From positions 352,001 to 416,000 of the forward strand of contig OY970303.1 in assembly GCA_963716255.1 (NCBI GenBank): DNA of 64,000 nucleotides, given 5' to 3'. Source of the DNA: an uncultured Gemmatimonadales bacterium. GTDB taxonomy: Bacteria; Gemmatimonadota; Gemmatimonadetes; Longimicrobiales; Longimicrobiaceae. This document shows, in pieces, positions 1 through 35,277 of this stretch. Each line of letters starts with the position of its first letter. The stretch's first letter is position 1. The translations under genes were made by a program, and so were the position numbers. The notes below the pieces were generated by a model. That model worked only from the letters and a program-made list of their open reading frames with translations, made no database searches and was not told the origin of the DNA.

Positions 1-745
<745 letters not shown>

Positions 746-752
746 GCGTGTC

Positions 753-3700
753 TCAGTCTCCCCCGAGCGACTGCTGCTCCAGCAGCGTCCGCTCGGCCTC
801 GTCGTCCGACATGGATCCGATGAGCCGCAGGATCTCCGCGACGCGCTCCGTCTGCCCCGGGACCGGGTCGCGCGCGACGATCGCCGCGGCCAGCTCCGCA
901 ACCGTGGGGTGCTCGAAGAGGACGCGCACCGGGACCTCGGCCTGGAGCGTGGAGCGCACCGCCACCACCAGCTGCGTGGCGAGGATGGAGTGGCCGCCCA
1001 GCTCGAAGAAGTTGTCGTGCACGCCCACGCGCTCCACGTGCAGCGTTTCCGCCCACACGGCGGCGAGCGCCTCCTCCACGGCGGTGCGCGGCTCCACGTA
1101 CTCCGCCTCCACCGCGGCGCGGCCGCCCTCCGGCGCGGGGAGCGCGGCGCGGTCGGTCTTGCCGTTGGCGGTGCGCGGCAGCGCGTCCAGCGGGACGAAG
1201 AGCGAGGGGACCATGTAGTCGGGGAGGCGGCCGCGCAGCCAGGCGCGCAGGTCCGGGGCGTCCGGCGGCACCTCGTCCTCCTCCACCACGTACGCCACCA
1301 GCCGGGCCTCCCCCGACTCGTCGGCGAGGGCGGCGGCGGCGGCCTCGCGCACGCCGGGGTGGGCCGCGAGCGCGGCCTCCACCTCGCCCAGCTCGATGCG
1401 GAAGCCGCGCACCTTGACCTGGTGGTCGTCGCGCCCCAGGAACTCCAGCACGCCGTCCTCGCGCCAGCGGGCCCGGTCCCCGGTGCGGTACATCCGCGCG
1501 CCGGCCCGCTCCGCGCCCCCGAACGGCTCCGGGAGGAAGCGGTCGGCGGTGAGGTCGGGCCTGCCCAAGTAGCCGCGCGCCACGCCCGCGCCGGCCAGGT
1601 ACAGCCCGCCCGGCACGCCGGCCGGCACCGGGTTCAGCCAGGCGTCCAGCACGTACGCCCGCGTGTTCGCCACCGGCGTGCCCACGGGCACCACGGCCTC
1701 GGACCCGTCCACCCGGTGGGCGGTGGACCAGACGGTGGTCTCGGTGGGCCCGTACAGGTTCCACACGACGGCGCCGCGCTCGCGCAGCAGGTCGGCGATG
1801 GCCCCCGGCAGCGCCTCGCCGCCGCTGAGGATGCGCAGCGAGCGGTCGCCCTCCCACCCGGCGAAGACCAGCATCTTCCAGGTGGCCGGCGTGGCCTGCA
1901 TCACGGTGGCCCCGGAGGCGGCGAGCAGGTCCGCGAGCGCCACGGGGTCCGCCGCCGTTTCCCGGTCCGCCAGCACCACCCGCGCGCCCACGGTCAGCGG
2001 CAGCAGCAGTTCCAGCAGCGCGATGTCGAACGCCAGCGTGGTCACCGCCAGCAGCGTGTCGTCCGGGGAGATCCCGGGGCGCTCGCGCATGGCGTGCAGC
2101 AGGTTGACCGCCGCGCCGTGCGTCACCATCACGCCCTTGGGGTGCCCGGTGGAGCCGGAGGTGTAGATGGCGTAGGCCAGGGAACAGGAAACCGGGAACA
2201 AACAGCCTGCAACGGCGTCCGTGTCCGCGACGTCGTCGACGCATACGGTCTCTCCCGCGAAAGGCGGGAGCGAGTCGCGCAGCGCCGCCTGCGTCACCAG
2301 GACGCGCGCGCCGGAATCGGCGAGGACGTAGGCGATGCGGTCCGCGGGGTAGGCGGGGTCCAGGGGGACGTAGGCGCCGCCGGCCTTGAGGACGGCGAGC
2401 AGGGCGGCGACCATCTCCGGGCCGCGCTCCAGGCACAGGGCGACGCGCGACTCGGGCCCCACGCCGCGCGCGGCCAGCTCCGCGGCGAGCGCGGAGGCGC
2501 GGCGGTCCAGCGCGGCGTAGGTCGTCGTCTCGCCGGCGAATTCCAGGGCGGCGCGCTCCGGGGTGCGGGCGGCCTGCGCCTCCACCAGGCCGTGCAGCGT
2601 GGAGGGCGGGACCTCGCGGGCGGTGTCGTTCCACCCCGCCAGGATGCGGCTGCGCTCGGCGGGGGCGAGGAGCGGCAGGCGGGAGAGGGGCGCGTCCGGG
2701 TCCGCGGCGACGCCCTCCAGCAGCGTCACCAGGTGCTCGCGCATCCGCTCGGCGGTGGAGGTGCGGAACAGGTCGGTTGCGTACTCCAGCAGGCACACCA
2801 GCTCGCCCTTTTCCTCGTGCGTCCACAGCATCAGGTCGAACTTGGCGGTGGTGCTGTCCACCCACTGCCAGGTCAGCTTCACCCCGGCCAGCTCCAGCTC
2901 CTCCTCCGGCGCGTTCTGGAGGGCGAAGAGCACCGAGAAGAGCGGGTTGCGGCTGAGGTCGCGCTCGGGGGCAAGCTCCTCCACCAGCTTCTCGAAGGGA
3001 AAGTCCTGGTGCGCGTAGGCGCCCAGCGTGGTCTCGCGGGCGCGGTGCAGCAGCGCGCGGAAGGGCGGGTCGCCCGAAAGGTCGCCGCGGAGCACCAGCG
3101 TGTTGACGAAGAAGCCGATCAGCGGCTCGATCTCACGGCGCGTGCGGTTGGCGATGGGGGTGCCCACCACCAGGTCCTCCTGCCCGGTGTAGCGCAGCAG
3201 CAGCGTCTGCCAGGCCGCCAGCAGGAGCATGAAGAGCGTGGCGCCCTCCTCCCGGGCGATGGCCTTGAGGCGCGCGTTGGTCCCGGCGGAAACGCGGAAC
3301 CACAGGCCGGCGCCGCGGTGGCTCTGCACCGGGGGGCGCGGGAAGTCGGTGGGAAGCTCCACGGTGGGGAGGCCGCGCAGCTGCTCGCGCCAGTAGCCGA
3401 GCTGCTTTTCCAGCACCTCGCCACCCAGCCGCCCGCGCTGCCACACGGCGAAGTCGCCGTACTGCAGGGGGAGGTCGGGGAGAGGCGAGGGGCGATCCTC
3501 CACGAACGCCTCGTAGAGCTGCGTCAGCTCGCGGATGAACACGCCCATGCTCCACCCGTCGCTGATGACGTGGTGCAGCGTGGCCGCCAGCACGTGCTCC
3601 TCGTCGCCCAGGCGCAGCAGCCGGGCGCGGACCAGGGGGTCCTGCTCCAGGTCGAAGGGCGCCTCCAGCTCCGCGCGGATGCGCTCCAGCAGCTCCGGCT

Positions 3701-4091
3701 GCGGGATGCCGGCGCACTCGTCCAGCGGGATCTCCACCGCGAAGGGCGGCCGCACCACCTGCCGCGGCTCGCCGCCCACCACCACGAAGCCGGTGCGCAG
3801 CGCCTCGTGCCGCCGGACGATCTCGGTGAGCGCGCGGGCGAGGGCGCCGCGGTTTAGCCGCCCCCGGAGCCGCACGGGGACGCCGATGTGGTAGAAGGGG
3901 CGCCCCGGCTCCAGCTGCTCCAGGAACCAGAGCCGCTGCTGCGGGAACGACAGCGGCAGCGGCCCCGTCTCCGCGCGGGGCGGGATGGGGTCTCGGGGGG
4001 CGCTGGCGGTGGCGCCGCGCAGCCGCTTTTCCAGCAGCGCCTTCTTCGCCGACGACAGCGCCGGGCGGGCGGGTCCGTCCTGGTTTTCCAT
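753..4091 (-). CDS. NRPS gene 7, C-A-T (A code DILQLGLVWK, Gly-type), about 1112 aa
   Basis: C-terminal part of ORF 753..9311; real start MENQDGPARPALSSAKKALLEKRLRG at 4091. Motifs HHVISDG, YAIYTSGSTGHPKG, FDIALLEL, NLYGPTETTVWST and PCP GGHSIL. Confidence 0.93.
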   Translation of the reverse strand: MENQDGPARPALSSAKKALLEKRLRGATASAPRDPIPPRAETGPLPLSFPQQRLWFLEQLEPGRPFYHIGVPVRLRGRLNRGALARALTEIVRRHEALRTGFVVVGGEPRQVVRPPFAVEIPLDECAGIPQPELLERIRAELEAPFDLEQDPLVRARLLRLGDEEHVLAATLHHVISDGWSMGVFIRELTQLYEAFVEDRPSPLPDLPLQYGDFAVWQRGRLGGEVLEKQLGYWREQLRGLPTVELPTDFPRPPVQSHRGAGLWFRVSAGTNARLKAIAREEGATLFMLLLAAWQTLLLRYTGQEDLVVGTPIANRTRREIEPLIGFFVNTLVLRGDLSGDPPFRALLHRARETTLGAYAHQDFPFEKLVEELAPERDLSRNPLFSVLFALQNAPEEELELAGVKLTWQWVDSTTAKFDLMLWTHEEKGELVCLLEYATDLFRTSTAERMREHLVTLLEGVAADPDAPLSRLPLLAPAERSRILAGWNDTAREVPPSTLHGLVEAQAARTPERAALEFAGETTTYAALDRRASALAAELAARGVGPESRVALCLERGPEMVAALLAVLKAGGAYVPLDPAYPADRIAYVLADSGARVLVTQAALRDSLPPFAGETVCVDDVADTDAVAGCLFPVSCSLAYAIYTSGSTGHPKGVMVTHGAAVNLLHAMRERPGISPDDTLLAVTTLAFDIALLELLLPLTVGARVVLADRETAADPVALADLLAASGATVMQATPATWKMLVFAGWEGDRSLRILSGGEALPGAIADLLRERGAVVWNLYGPTETTVWSTAHRVDGSEAVVPVGTPVANTRAYVLDAWLNPVPAGVPGGLYLAGAGVARGYLGRPDLTADRFLPEPFGGAERAGARMYRTGDRARWREDGVLEFLGRDDHQVKVRGFRIELGEVEAALAAHPGVREAAAAALADESGEARLVAYVVEEDEVPPDAPDLRAWLRGRLPDYMVPSLFVPLDALPRTANGKTDRAALPAPEGGRAAVEAEYVEPRTAVEEALAAVWAETLHVERVGVHDNFFELGGHSILATQLVVAVRSTLQAEVPVRVLFEHPTVAELAAAIVARDPVPGQTERVAEILRLIGSMSDDEAERTLLEQQSLGGD
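2179..2205. repeat. Degenerate heptamer tandem (AGGGAAC-like x3) in an A-domain loop
   Basis: agggaac-aggaaac-cgggaac; encodes CLFPVSCS just before LAYAIYTSG. Confidence 0.7.
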
Positions 4092-4111
4092 GTTCCGTTC
4101 GCTTCGCGTGT

Positions 4112-14008
<9,897 letters not shown>

Positions 14009-14054
14009 GGCTGCGCGGGTCGGCGGACCGGGACGGGGCTCGGGGCGGAGCGCG

Positions 14055-17000
14055 TCAGGCGCCCGCCTTCGCCAGCCTGCCCATCAGCCGGTCGAGCTTC
14101 TTCTGGTCCAGCTTTACGGACGGGAAGTCGGACGGGGTGTAGCCGCCCGCATCGCCCGAGCGGCAGTGCGCCACCAGGGCGCGCAACTCGTCCAGGAAGC
14201 GGTCGGCGAGCGCGCGGACCGTCGCCTCGTCGTGGATGCCGGCGCCGTACGTCCACCCCACGCGCAGCTCGCCCCCGGCCACCGCGGCGTTCACCTCCAG
14301 CAGGTGCGTGCGCGGGTTGGCGGCGGCGCGCGCGGGCCCGGCGCTTTCCGGGGTGATGCGGAAGAGCGCGTCGCCGGAGCGACCCGCGTCGAACTGGCCC
14401 AGGTAGTTGAAGGCGAGCCGGGGGCGCGGCGCCTCCGCCAGCGCCCGTGCCTCCGGCGCCCCGGGAGCCAGCCAGCGCAGCAGCCCCCAGCCGATCCCCT
14501 GCCGCGGGACGCGCCGCAGCTGCTCCTTGACCGCCTTCAGCGCCTCGCCGGGTCCCGCGCCGGGCGCAACCTCCAGCCGGACCGGGTGGATGGAGGTGAA
14601 CCAGCCCACCGTGCGCGACAGGTCCACCCCGTCGAAAAGCTCCTCGCGGCCGTGGGCCTCCAGGTCCAGGAGCAGCGGGCCGCCACCCGTCCACTCCCCC
14701 ATGGCCCGCGCCAGCGCGGTGAGCAGCGTCTCGTCCGCCCGCGTGTGGTAGGCGCGCGGCACCTCCGTCAGCAGCGCCCTCGTCTCCTCCGCCCCGAGCG
14801 TGACCGTCAGCGTCCGCGCCGAGCCCTCGGGGTTGGCGCCGTCGGCGTGGTCCACGGGGAGCGCCGCGGCGCCGGGGGCGACCACGTCCGCCCAGAACGC
14901 CGTCTCCGCGATCGGAGCCCCGCCGCGGGCGAAATCCGCCAGCCGCTCCGCCCAGCTCCGGTACGACGCCGTCTTGGGCGGGAGCGAAAGCGGCTCGCCG
15001 CGCGCCAGCTTGCGGTACGCCGTCTCCAGGTCCTCCAGCAGCGGGCGCCACGACACCCCGTCCACCACCAGGTGGTGCACGGCGAGGAGAAGCCGCGCGG
15101 GGCGCTCCGCCCCGCGGTCGAAGAGCACCGCGCGCGCCAGCGGCCCGTGCTCCAGGTCCAGCCCCGCCTGCGCCGCCTCGCCGTGCGCGTTCATCGCGCC
15201 GGCCAGCTCGGCGTCCGCGGCGTCCGCCACGTCCACGCGCTCCAGCGGGAAGGTGCCCTCCGCGGCGTACGCCTGCGTCCACCCCTCCGGCGCGCGGCGG
15301 AAGCGCAGCCGCAGCGAGTCGTGCTGCGCCAGCACCGCGGCGAGCGCGCGCTCCAGCGCCGCCGCGTCCAGCGGGCCCGCGGCTTCCAGCACCAGCGACT
15401 GGTTCCAGTGCCGCGGCTCCGGCAGCTCGTGCGCAAAGAACCAGCGCTGCGCCGGGGTCAGCGGCACCTCGCCCGTGGTGGAGGCGTCCTCCGCGCGGGG
15501 GGCGGTCGCGGCCTCGGCGGCAGACGCCAGCTCCGCGACCGTCTGGTTCCGGAAGACGAGCTGCGGCGAGATCTTCATCCCCGCCGCGGCCGCGCGGGCC
15601 ACCACCTGGATGCTGAGGATGCTGTCGCCGCCCAGCTCGAAGAAGTTGTCGTGCACGCCCACGCGCTCCACCCGCAGCGTCGCCTCCCAGATCTCCGCCA
15701 GAGCGCGCTCCGTCTCCGTGCGCGGCGCCTCGTAGCCGTGCTCCAGCTCCGGCCGGTCCTGCTGCGGCGCGGGGAGCGCCCTGCGGTCCAGCTTGCCGTT
15801 GGGGGTGACGGGAAACCCTTCCAGCGCCACGAAGGCGGAGGGCACCATGTACTCCGGCAGCCGCTCGCGCAGGTACGCGCGCAGGTCGGCGGTGGAGGGG
15901 GCTTCCTCGCCCGCGCGCGGGACCACGTAGGCCACCAGGCGCTTGACGCGCGGCTCGTCCTCGCGCGCGGCGACCACCACGTCGCGCAGCGCCGGGTGCC
16001 CGGCGAGCGCGGTCTCGATCTCGCCCAGCTCGATGCGGAAGCCGCGCACCTTGACCTGCGCGTCCAGCCGGCCCAGGAACTCCATCGTCCCGTCCCACCA
16101 GAAGCGGGCGCGGTCGCCGGTGCGGTAGATGCGCGCGCCGGGCGCGCCGCCGAACGGGTCGGGGACGAACTTGACGGCGGTCAGCTCCGGCGCCGCCGCG
16201 TACCCCTCCGCCAGCACCTCGCCGCCGATGTACAGGTCGCCCGCGACGCCGGTGGGGGCGGGCGCCATGCGCTCGTCCAGCACGTAGTAGCGCGCGTTGC
16301 GCATGGGGCGGCCGTAGGGGATGCTGGTCCAGTCCGGGTCCACCGCGCGGATGCGGTGGAAGTTGGACCACACCGTCGCCTCCGTCGCGCCGCCCAGGCT
16401 CACCACCTCGGCGCCGGCGAAGCGGCGGCGCACCTGGTCGGGGAGGGCGACGGGGATCCAGTCGCCGCTCAGGAACACCAGGCGCAGCGCGGCCGGCTCC
16501 GCCGCGCCGAAGAACGACACCAGCTGCTGCAGCGCCGCCGGGGCCGAGTCCCAGAAGGTGACCGGCTCCTCCGCCAGCACCCGCACCAGCCGCTCCGGGT
16601 CGCGCGCCTCGTCCGCCGTGGCGACGCGCACCGAGCCGCCCGCCGCCAGCAGCCCGAAGACGTCGTAGACCGACAGGTCGAAGGAAAGCGAGGTGACGAA
16701 GAGCACGCGGTCCGCGGGGCCCACGCCGAAGGTGCCGTTGACCCAGTCGATCAGGTTGACGGCGGGGGCGTGGCGCACCATCACCCCCTTGGGCGCGCCG
16801 GTGGAGCCCGAGGTGAAGATGACGTACGCCAGGTCGTCCGCGCCCACGCCGGAATCGGTCGGCGCGTCCGGGAGCGCGTCCGTCTCCTCCCGCGTCCACA
16901 CCCGGACCGGCGCGTCCTGCGGGAGCGCGGGCGCGCCGCCGCGGTCCACGCACACCAGATCCCGCAGCGAGGGCACTTCCCGCGCGAGGGCGGCGAGCAC

Positions 17001-18800
17001 GCCCGCGTGCGCCGTCTGCGTCACGACGCAGGCGGCCCGCAGCGAGCCCAGCACCGCGGCCATGCGCGCGGGCGGGTGGCCGATCTCCACGGGGACGTAG
17101 ACGCCGCCCGCCTTGAGGATCCCCAGCAGCGCGGGGACCACCTCCTCCGAGCGCTCCAGGTGCACGCCCACGTACACCCCCGGCCCCACGCCCAGCCCGC
17201 GCAGCCGGCGCGCCAGGCGGTTGGCCTCGCGCTCCACCTCGCCGTAGGTGAGCGCGCGCTCCCCGCAGACCACGGCCACGGCGTCCGGGTGGGCCGCGGC
17301 GCGCGCCTCGAACATCTGGTGGATGCAGACGCCGCGCGGGTAGTCGCCGTCCGTGGCGTTCCACTCGTGCACGACGCGGCGCGTCTCCATCTCCGAGAGC
17401 AGCGGCAGCTCCAGGAGGCGCGTGTCCGGGTCGGCGAGGGCGGCCTCCAGCAGCGAGCGGAAGTGGCCCAGCATCCGCTCCACGGCGGCGTGGTCGAACA
17501 GGTCCAGGCTGTACTCGAGCACGCCGGTGAGGCCGTCGTCGCCGTCGGTCATCCCCAGGAGGATGCTGAGGCGCGAGCGGCCGGTGTCGGTTGGGACGGG
17601 GACGACCGCCACCTCGCCGAGGCGCATCTCCGCGGCGGAGGTGCCGGGGTGGACCACGAACATCACCTGGAAGAGCGGGTTCTGCCCGGGGTCGCGCTCG
17701 GGGTGCAGCTCGTCCACCAGCTTCTCGAAGGGGACCTCGCCGTGCGCGAAGGCGCCCAGCGCGGCGTCCCGCACCCGGCGCAGCATCTCGCGGAAGGTGG
17801 GGTTCCCCTCCGCCGAGGCGCGCACCACGACCGTGTTGGTGAAGCAGCCGACCAGCCCCTCGGTCTCGGGGCGGGAGCGGACCTGGATGGGCGTGCCCAC
17901 CAGCAGGTCGTCCTCGCCGGTGTAGCGGTGCAACAGCGCGTCCCAGGCGGCGAGCAGCGCCATGAACACCGTCGCGCCCTCGGCGCGGGCCAGGGCGCGC
18001 ACCCCCTCCGACAGTTCCGCCGGCCAGGCGAAGCGGAAGCCCTCGCCGCGGTCGGTGCGCAGACGCGGCACCGGGCGGGCCACGGGGAGCTGGAGCGCGG
18101 GCGGGGCCCCGGCCAGCCGCTCGCGCCACCAGGCGAGCTGCGCGTCCAGAAGCTCGCCCTGCAGCCGGCCGCGCTGCCACACGGCGAAGTCGGCGTACTG
18201 GATGGGCGGCTCGGGGAGCGGCGACGCCCAGCCGCGCGCGAAGGCGGCGTACAGCGCGGACAGCTCGCGGAAGAAGATCCCCACCGAGCCGTCGAAGGCG
18301 ATGTGGTGGGTGACGACGACCAGGACGTGCTCCTCCGCGCCCAGCCGGAGGAGGCGCCCTCGCAGCATGGGCCCGCGCGCCAGGTCGAAGGGCGTGCCGG
18401 TCTCGGCATCGGTCAGGCGGCGCGTTTCCGCCTCGCGCGCGGCCTCCGGGAGCGCGGACAGGTCGTCCACGGGAAGGGGGACGGGGACGGCGGGCTCCAC
18501 CCTCTGCACCGGGCGCCCCTCCAGCCCCAGGAACACCGTGCGCAGCGCCTCGTGGCGCCGGACGATCTCGGTGAGGGCGCGCGCCAGCGCGTCCGCGTCC
18601 AGCCGGCCGGCCAGCCGCAGCGCCATGGGCGAGTTGTACGCGGCGCTCCCCGGCGACCACTGGTCCAGGAACCAGAGCCGCTGCTGCGCGAAGGAGAGCG
18701 GAAAGGTGTCGCGCCCCCCGCCCTGCTTCTGGAGGGCGAGCGCGAGGATGCGCCGCTTCTCGGGGGAAAGGGCTGCCAGCCGGCTGGAGATGTCGCTCAT
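14055..18800 (-). CDS. NRPS gene 5, C-A-T-E (Cys-clade A domain), about 1581 aa
   Basis: C-terminal part of ORF 14055..19976; start MSDISSRLAALSPEKRR at 18800. C motif HHIAFDG; A motifs FDLSVYD, SGDWIP, SLGGATEATVWSN; PCP GGDSIL; E motifs HHLVVDGVSW, EAHGRE, RTVGWFT; C-terminal COM-like TPSDFP. Confidence 0.93.
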   Translation of the reverse strand: MSDISSRLAALSPEKRRILALALQKQGGGRDTFPLSFAQQRLWFLDQWSPGSAAYNSPMALRLAGRLDADALARALTEIVRRHEALRTVFLGLEGRPVQRVEPAVPVPLPVDDLSALPEAAREAETRRLTDAETGTPFDLARGPMLRGRLLRLGAEEHVLVVVTHHIAFDGSVGIFFRELSALYAAFARGWASPLPEPPIQYADFAVWQRGRLQGELLDAQLAWWRERLAGAPPALQLPVARPVPRLRTDRGEGFRFAWPAELSEGVRALARAEGATVFMALLAAWDALLHRYTGEDDLLVGTPIQVRSRPETEGLVGCFTNTVVVRASAEGNPTFREMLRRVRDAALGAFAHGEVPFEKLVDELHPERDPGQNPLFQVMFVVHPGTSAAEMRLGEVAVVPVPTDTGRSRLSILLGMTDGDDGLTGVLEYSLDLFDHAAVERMLGHFRSLLEAALADPDTRLLELPLLSEMETRRVVHEWNATDGDYPRGVCIHQMFEARAAAHPDAVAVVCGERALTYGEVEREANRLARRLRGLGVGPGVYVGVHLERSEEVVPALLGILKAGGVYVPVEIGHPPARMAAVLGSLRAACVVTQTAHAGVLAALAREVPSLRDLVCVDRGGAPALPQDAPVRVWTREETDALPDAPTDSGVGADDLAYVIFTSGSTGAPKGVMVRHAPAVNLIDWVNGTFGVGPADRVLFVTSLSFDLSVYDVFGLLAAGGSVRVATADEARDPERLVRVLAEEPVTFWDSAPAALQQLVSFFGAAEPAALRLVFLSGDWIPVALPDQVRRRFAGAEVVSLGGATEATVWSNFHRIRAVDPDWTSIPYGRPMRNARYYVLDERMAPAPTGVAGDLYIGGEVLAEGYAAAPELTAVKFVPDPFGGAPGARIYRTGDRARFWWDGTMEFLGRLDAQVKVRGFRIELGEIETALAGHPALRDVVVAAREDEPRVKRLVAYVVPRAGEEAPSTADLRAYLRERLPEYMVPSAFVALEGFPVTPNGKLDRRALPAPQQDRPELEHGYEAPRTETERALAEIWEATLRVERVGVHDNFFELGGDSILSIQVVARAAAAGMKISPQLVFRNQTVAELASAAEAATAPRAEDASTTGEVPLTPAQRWFFAHELPEPRHWNQSLVLEAAGPLDAAALERALAAVLAQHDSLRLRFRRAPEGWTQAYAAEGTFPLERVDVADAADAELAGAMNAHGEAAQAGLDLEHGPLARAVLFDRGAERPARLLLAVHHLVVDGVSWRPLLEDLETAYRKLARGEPLSLPPKTASYRSWAERLADFARGGAPIAETAFWADVVAPGAAALPVDHADGANPEGSARTLTVTLGAEETRALLTEVPRAYHTRADETLLTALARAMGEWTGGGPLLLDLEAHGREELFDGVDLSRTVGWFTSIHPVRLEVAPGAGPGEALKAVKEQLRRVPRQGIGWGLLRWLAPGAPEARALAEAPRPRLAFNYLGQFDAGRSGDALFRITPESAGPARAAANPRTHLLEVNAAVAGGELRVGWTYGAGIHDEATVRALADRFLDELRALVAHCRSGDAGGYTPSDFPSVKLDQKKLDRLMGRLAKAGA

Positions 18801-18835
18801 CGGGCTTCCGTTGCTCGCGCGCTCCCGGGCCGCGG

Positions 18836-33339
<14,504 letters not shown>

Positions 33340-33343
<4 letters not shown>

Positions 33344-35277
33344 GGGCGGGCCTCCCCCTGCGGGGCGGGGTCCGCGTGCCGCGCGGACTCGGCCAGGAAG
33401 AGCGCGCCGGCCTCCTCGTCGGAAAGCTCCTCGATCTCGGCCAGGAGCGCGGCGACGCGCGCCTCCTCGGCGGAGTCGAGGAAGGCGGCCATTGCCGCGA
33501 GCGTCGGCGTGTCGAAGAGCTGCTGGATGGCGACCTCCACGCCCATGCGGACGCGGACGCGCGACGCCACCTGGGTGGCGAGCAGCGAGTGCCCGCCCAG
33601 GTCGAAGAAGTTGTCGCCGGCGCCCACGCGCTCCACGCGCAGCACCTCGCGCCAGATCTCCGCCAGCCGCTCCTCGGCGGCGGTGCGCGGCGCCACGTAC
33701 TCCGCCGCCCCGGCCAGCGCCGGAGCGGGGAGCGCCGCCCGGTCGGTCTTGCCGCCGGGGGTGAGCGGGAGTCGCTCCAGCACCACCACCGCCGAGGGGA
33801 CCAGGTGCTCCGGCAGCTCGGCCGCGAGCGAGCGGCGCAGATCCGCCGCGGCGAGCGCGGCGCCCTCCCGCGGGACGGCGTACGCCACCAGGCGCGCGTC
33901 GCCCGGCCCGTACAGGCGGACGGCGGCGGCGGCCTCCCGCACCCCGGGGCAGCGCAGGAGCGCGGCCTCCACCTCCCCCGGCTCGATGCGGAAGCCGCGC
34001 ACCTTTGCCTGCCCGTCCAGCCGCCCCAGCCACTCCAGCGCGCCCCCCGGGAGGACGCGCACCCGGTCGCCGGTGCGGTACAGCCGCGCGCCCGCCTCGC
34101 CGGAGAACGGATCGGGGACGAAGCTGGCCGCCGTCCCCTCCGGCCGCCCCAGGTACCCGCGCGCCACCTGCACGCCGCCCAGGTACAGCTCGCCCTCCGC
34201 CGCCGCCCGGCCCGTGTCGTCCAGCACGTGCGCCCGCATCCCGTCCACCGTCCGCCCGATGGGGACCGTCCCCCCCGCCCCGTTTCCGCCGTGCCGGTGC
34301 CAGGTGGCCTGGATGCAGGTCTCGGTGGGCCCGTACAGGTTCACCACCTCCGCCCCCGTGGCGGCGCGGGCGCGCTCCGCCAGCTCCGCCGGCAGCGCCT
34401 CGCCCCCGCAGAAGAGCCGCCGCAGCGACCGGCACTCCTCCAGCCCGCCCGCGTCCAGCATGGCCCGCAGCAGCGTGGGGACGGCCTGGAGCACGGTGGC
34501 GCGCTCCCGCGCCGCCAGGCGCGCCAGCCCGGCCGGGTCGCGCTCGGCCCCCGGGGGCGCCATGACCAGCGCCGACCCCGCCAGGAGCGGCGCCCAGAAC
34601 TCCCACACCGAGGCGTCGAAGCTGAACGGCGTCTTCTGGAGCACCCGGTCGCCCGCCGCCAGCGGGAACTCGCCCCCCATCCACGCCATGTGGCTGGCGA
34701 GCGCCCCGTGCGGCACCATGACGCCCTTGGGGCGGCCGGTGGAGCCGGAGGTGTAGATGACGTACGCGAGAGAAAGGGAACAGGGAACAGGGAACAGGGA
34801 ACAGCCTGCAACCGCTGCCCCGGCCTCGCCCTCCGACGTGTCTTTCTCCCCCTCCCCCCTTGCGGGGGAGGGGGCCGGGGGGTGAGGGGCGTCCACCGCG
34901 ACGACCGCGCCCCCGAACTCCGGCAGCCGGCCCCGCAGCCGCTCCTGCGTCAGCAGCACCGGCACCGCGGAGTCCGCGAGCATGTACGCCAGGCGCTCCG
35001 CCGGGTAGGCGGGGTCCAGGGGGACGTAGGCCCCGCCCGCCTTGAGCACCGCGAGCAGGGCGGCCACCATCTCCGCCGAGCGCTCCATGCACACGCCCAC
35101 GCGCGTCTCCGGGCCCACGCCCAGTTCCGCGAGCCGGGCGGCCAGCGCGTCGGCGCGGGCGTCCAGCCCGGCGTAGGAGACCGGGGTCCCGCCGGCCTCC
35201 ACCGCGACCGCGTCCGGGGTACGGCGGGCCTGCGCCGCGAAGGCGAGGTGGACCGGCGGGTGCGGGACGGCGGTCAT
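33340..35277 (-). CDS. NRPS gene 3, stand-alone A-T didomain (code DAWQFGLIQK, Gln-like), about 645 aa
   Basis: C-terminal part of ORF 33340..36789; start MTAVPHPPVHLAFAAQ at 35277 with ATGA overlap on the gene 2 stop. Complete A motifs and PCP GGHSL; no C domain. Confidence 0.92.
34775..34889. repeat. Coding insertion: AGGGAAC x4 heptamer tandem plus palindromic unit in gene 3
   Basis: agggaac x4 at 34775-34802; ccccctccccc-cttgc-gggggaggggg-ccggggggtgagggg at about 34847-34889. Confidence 0.88.
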
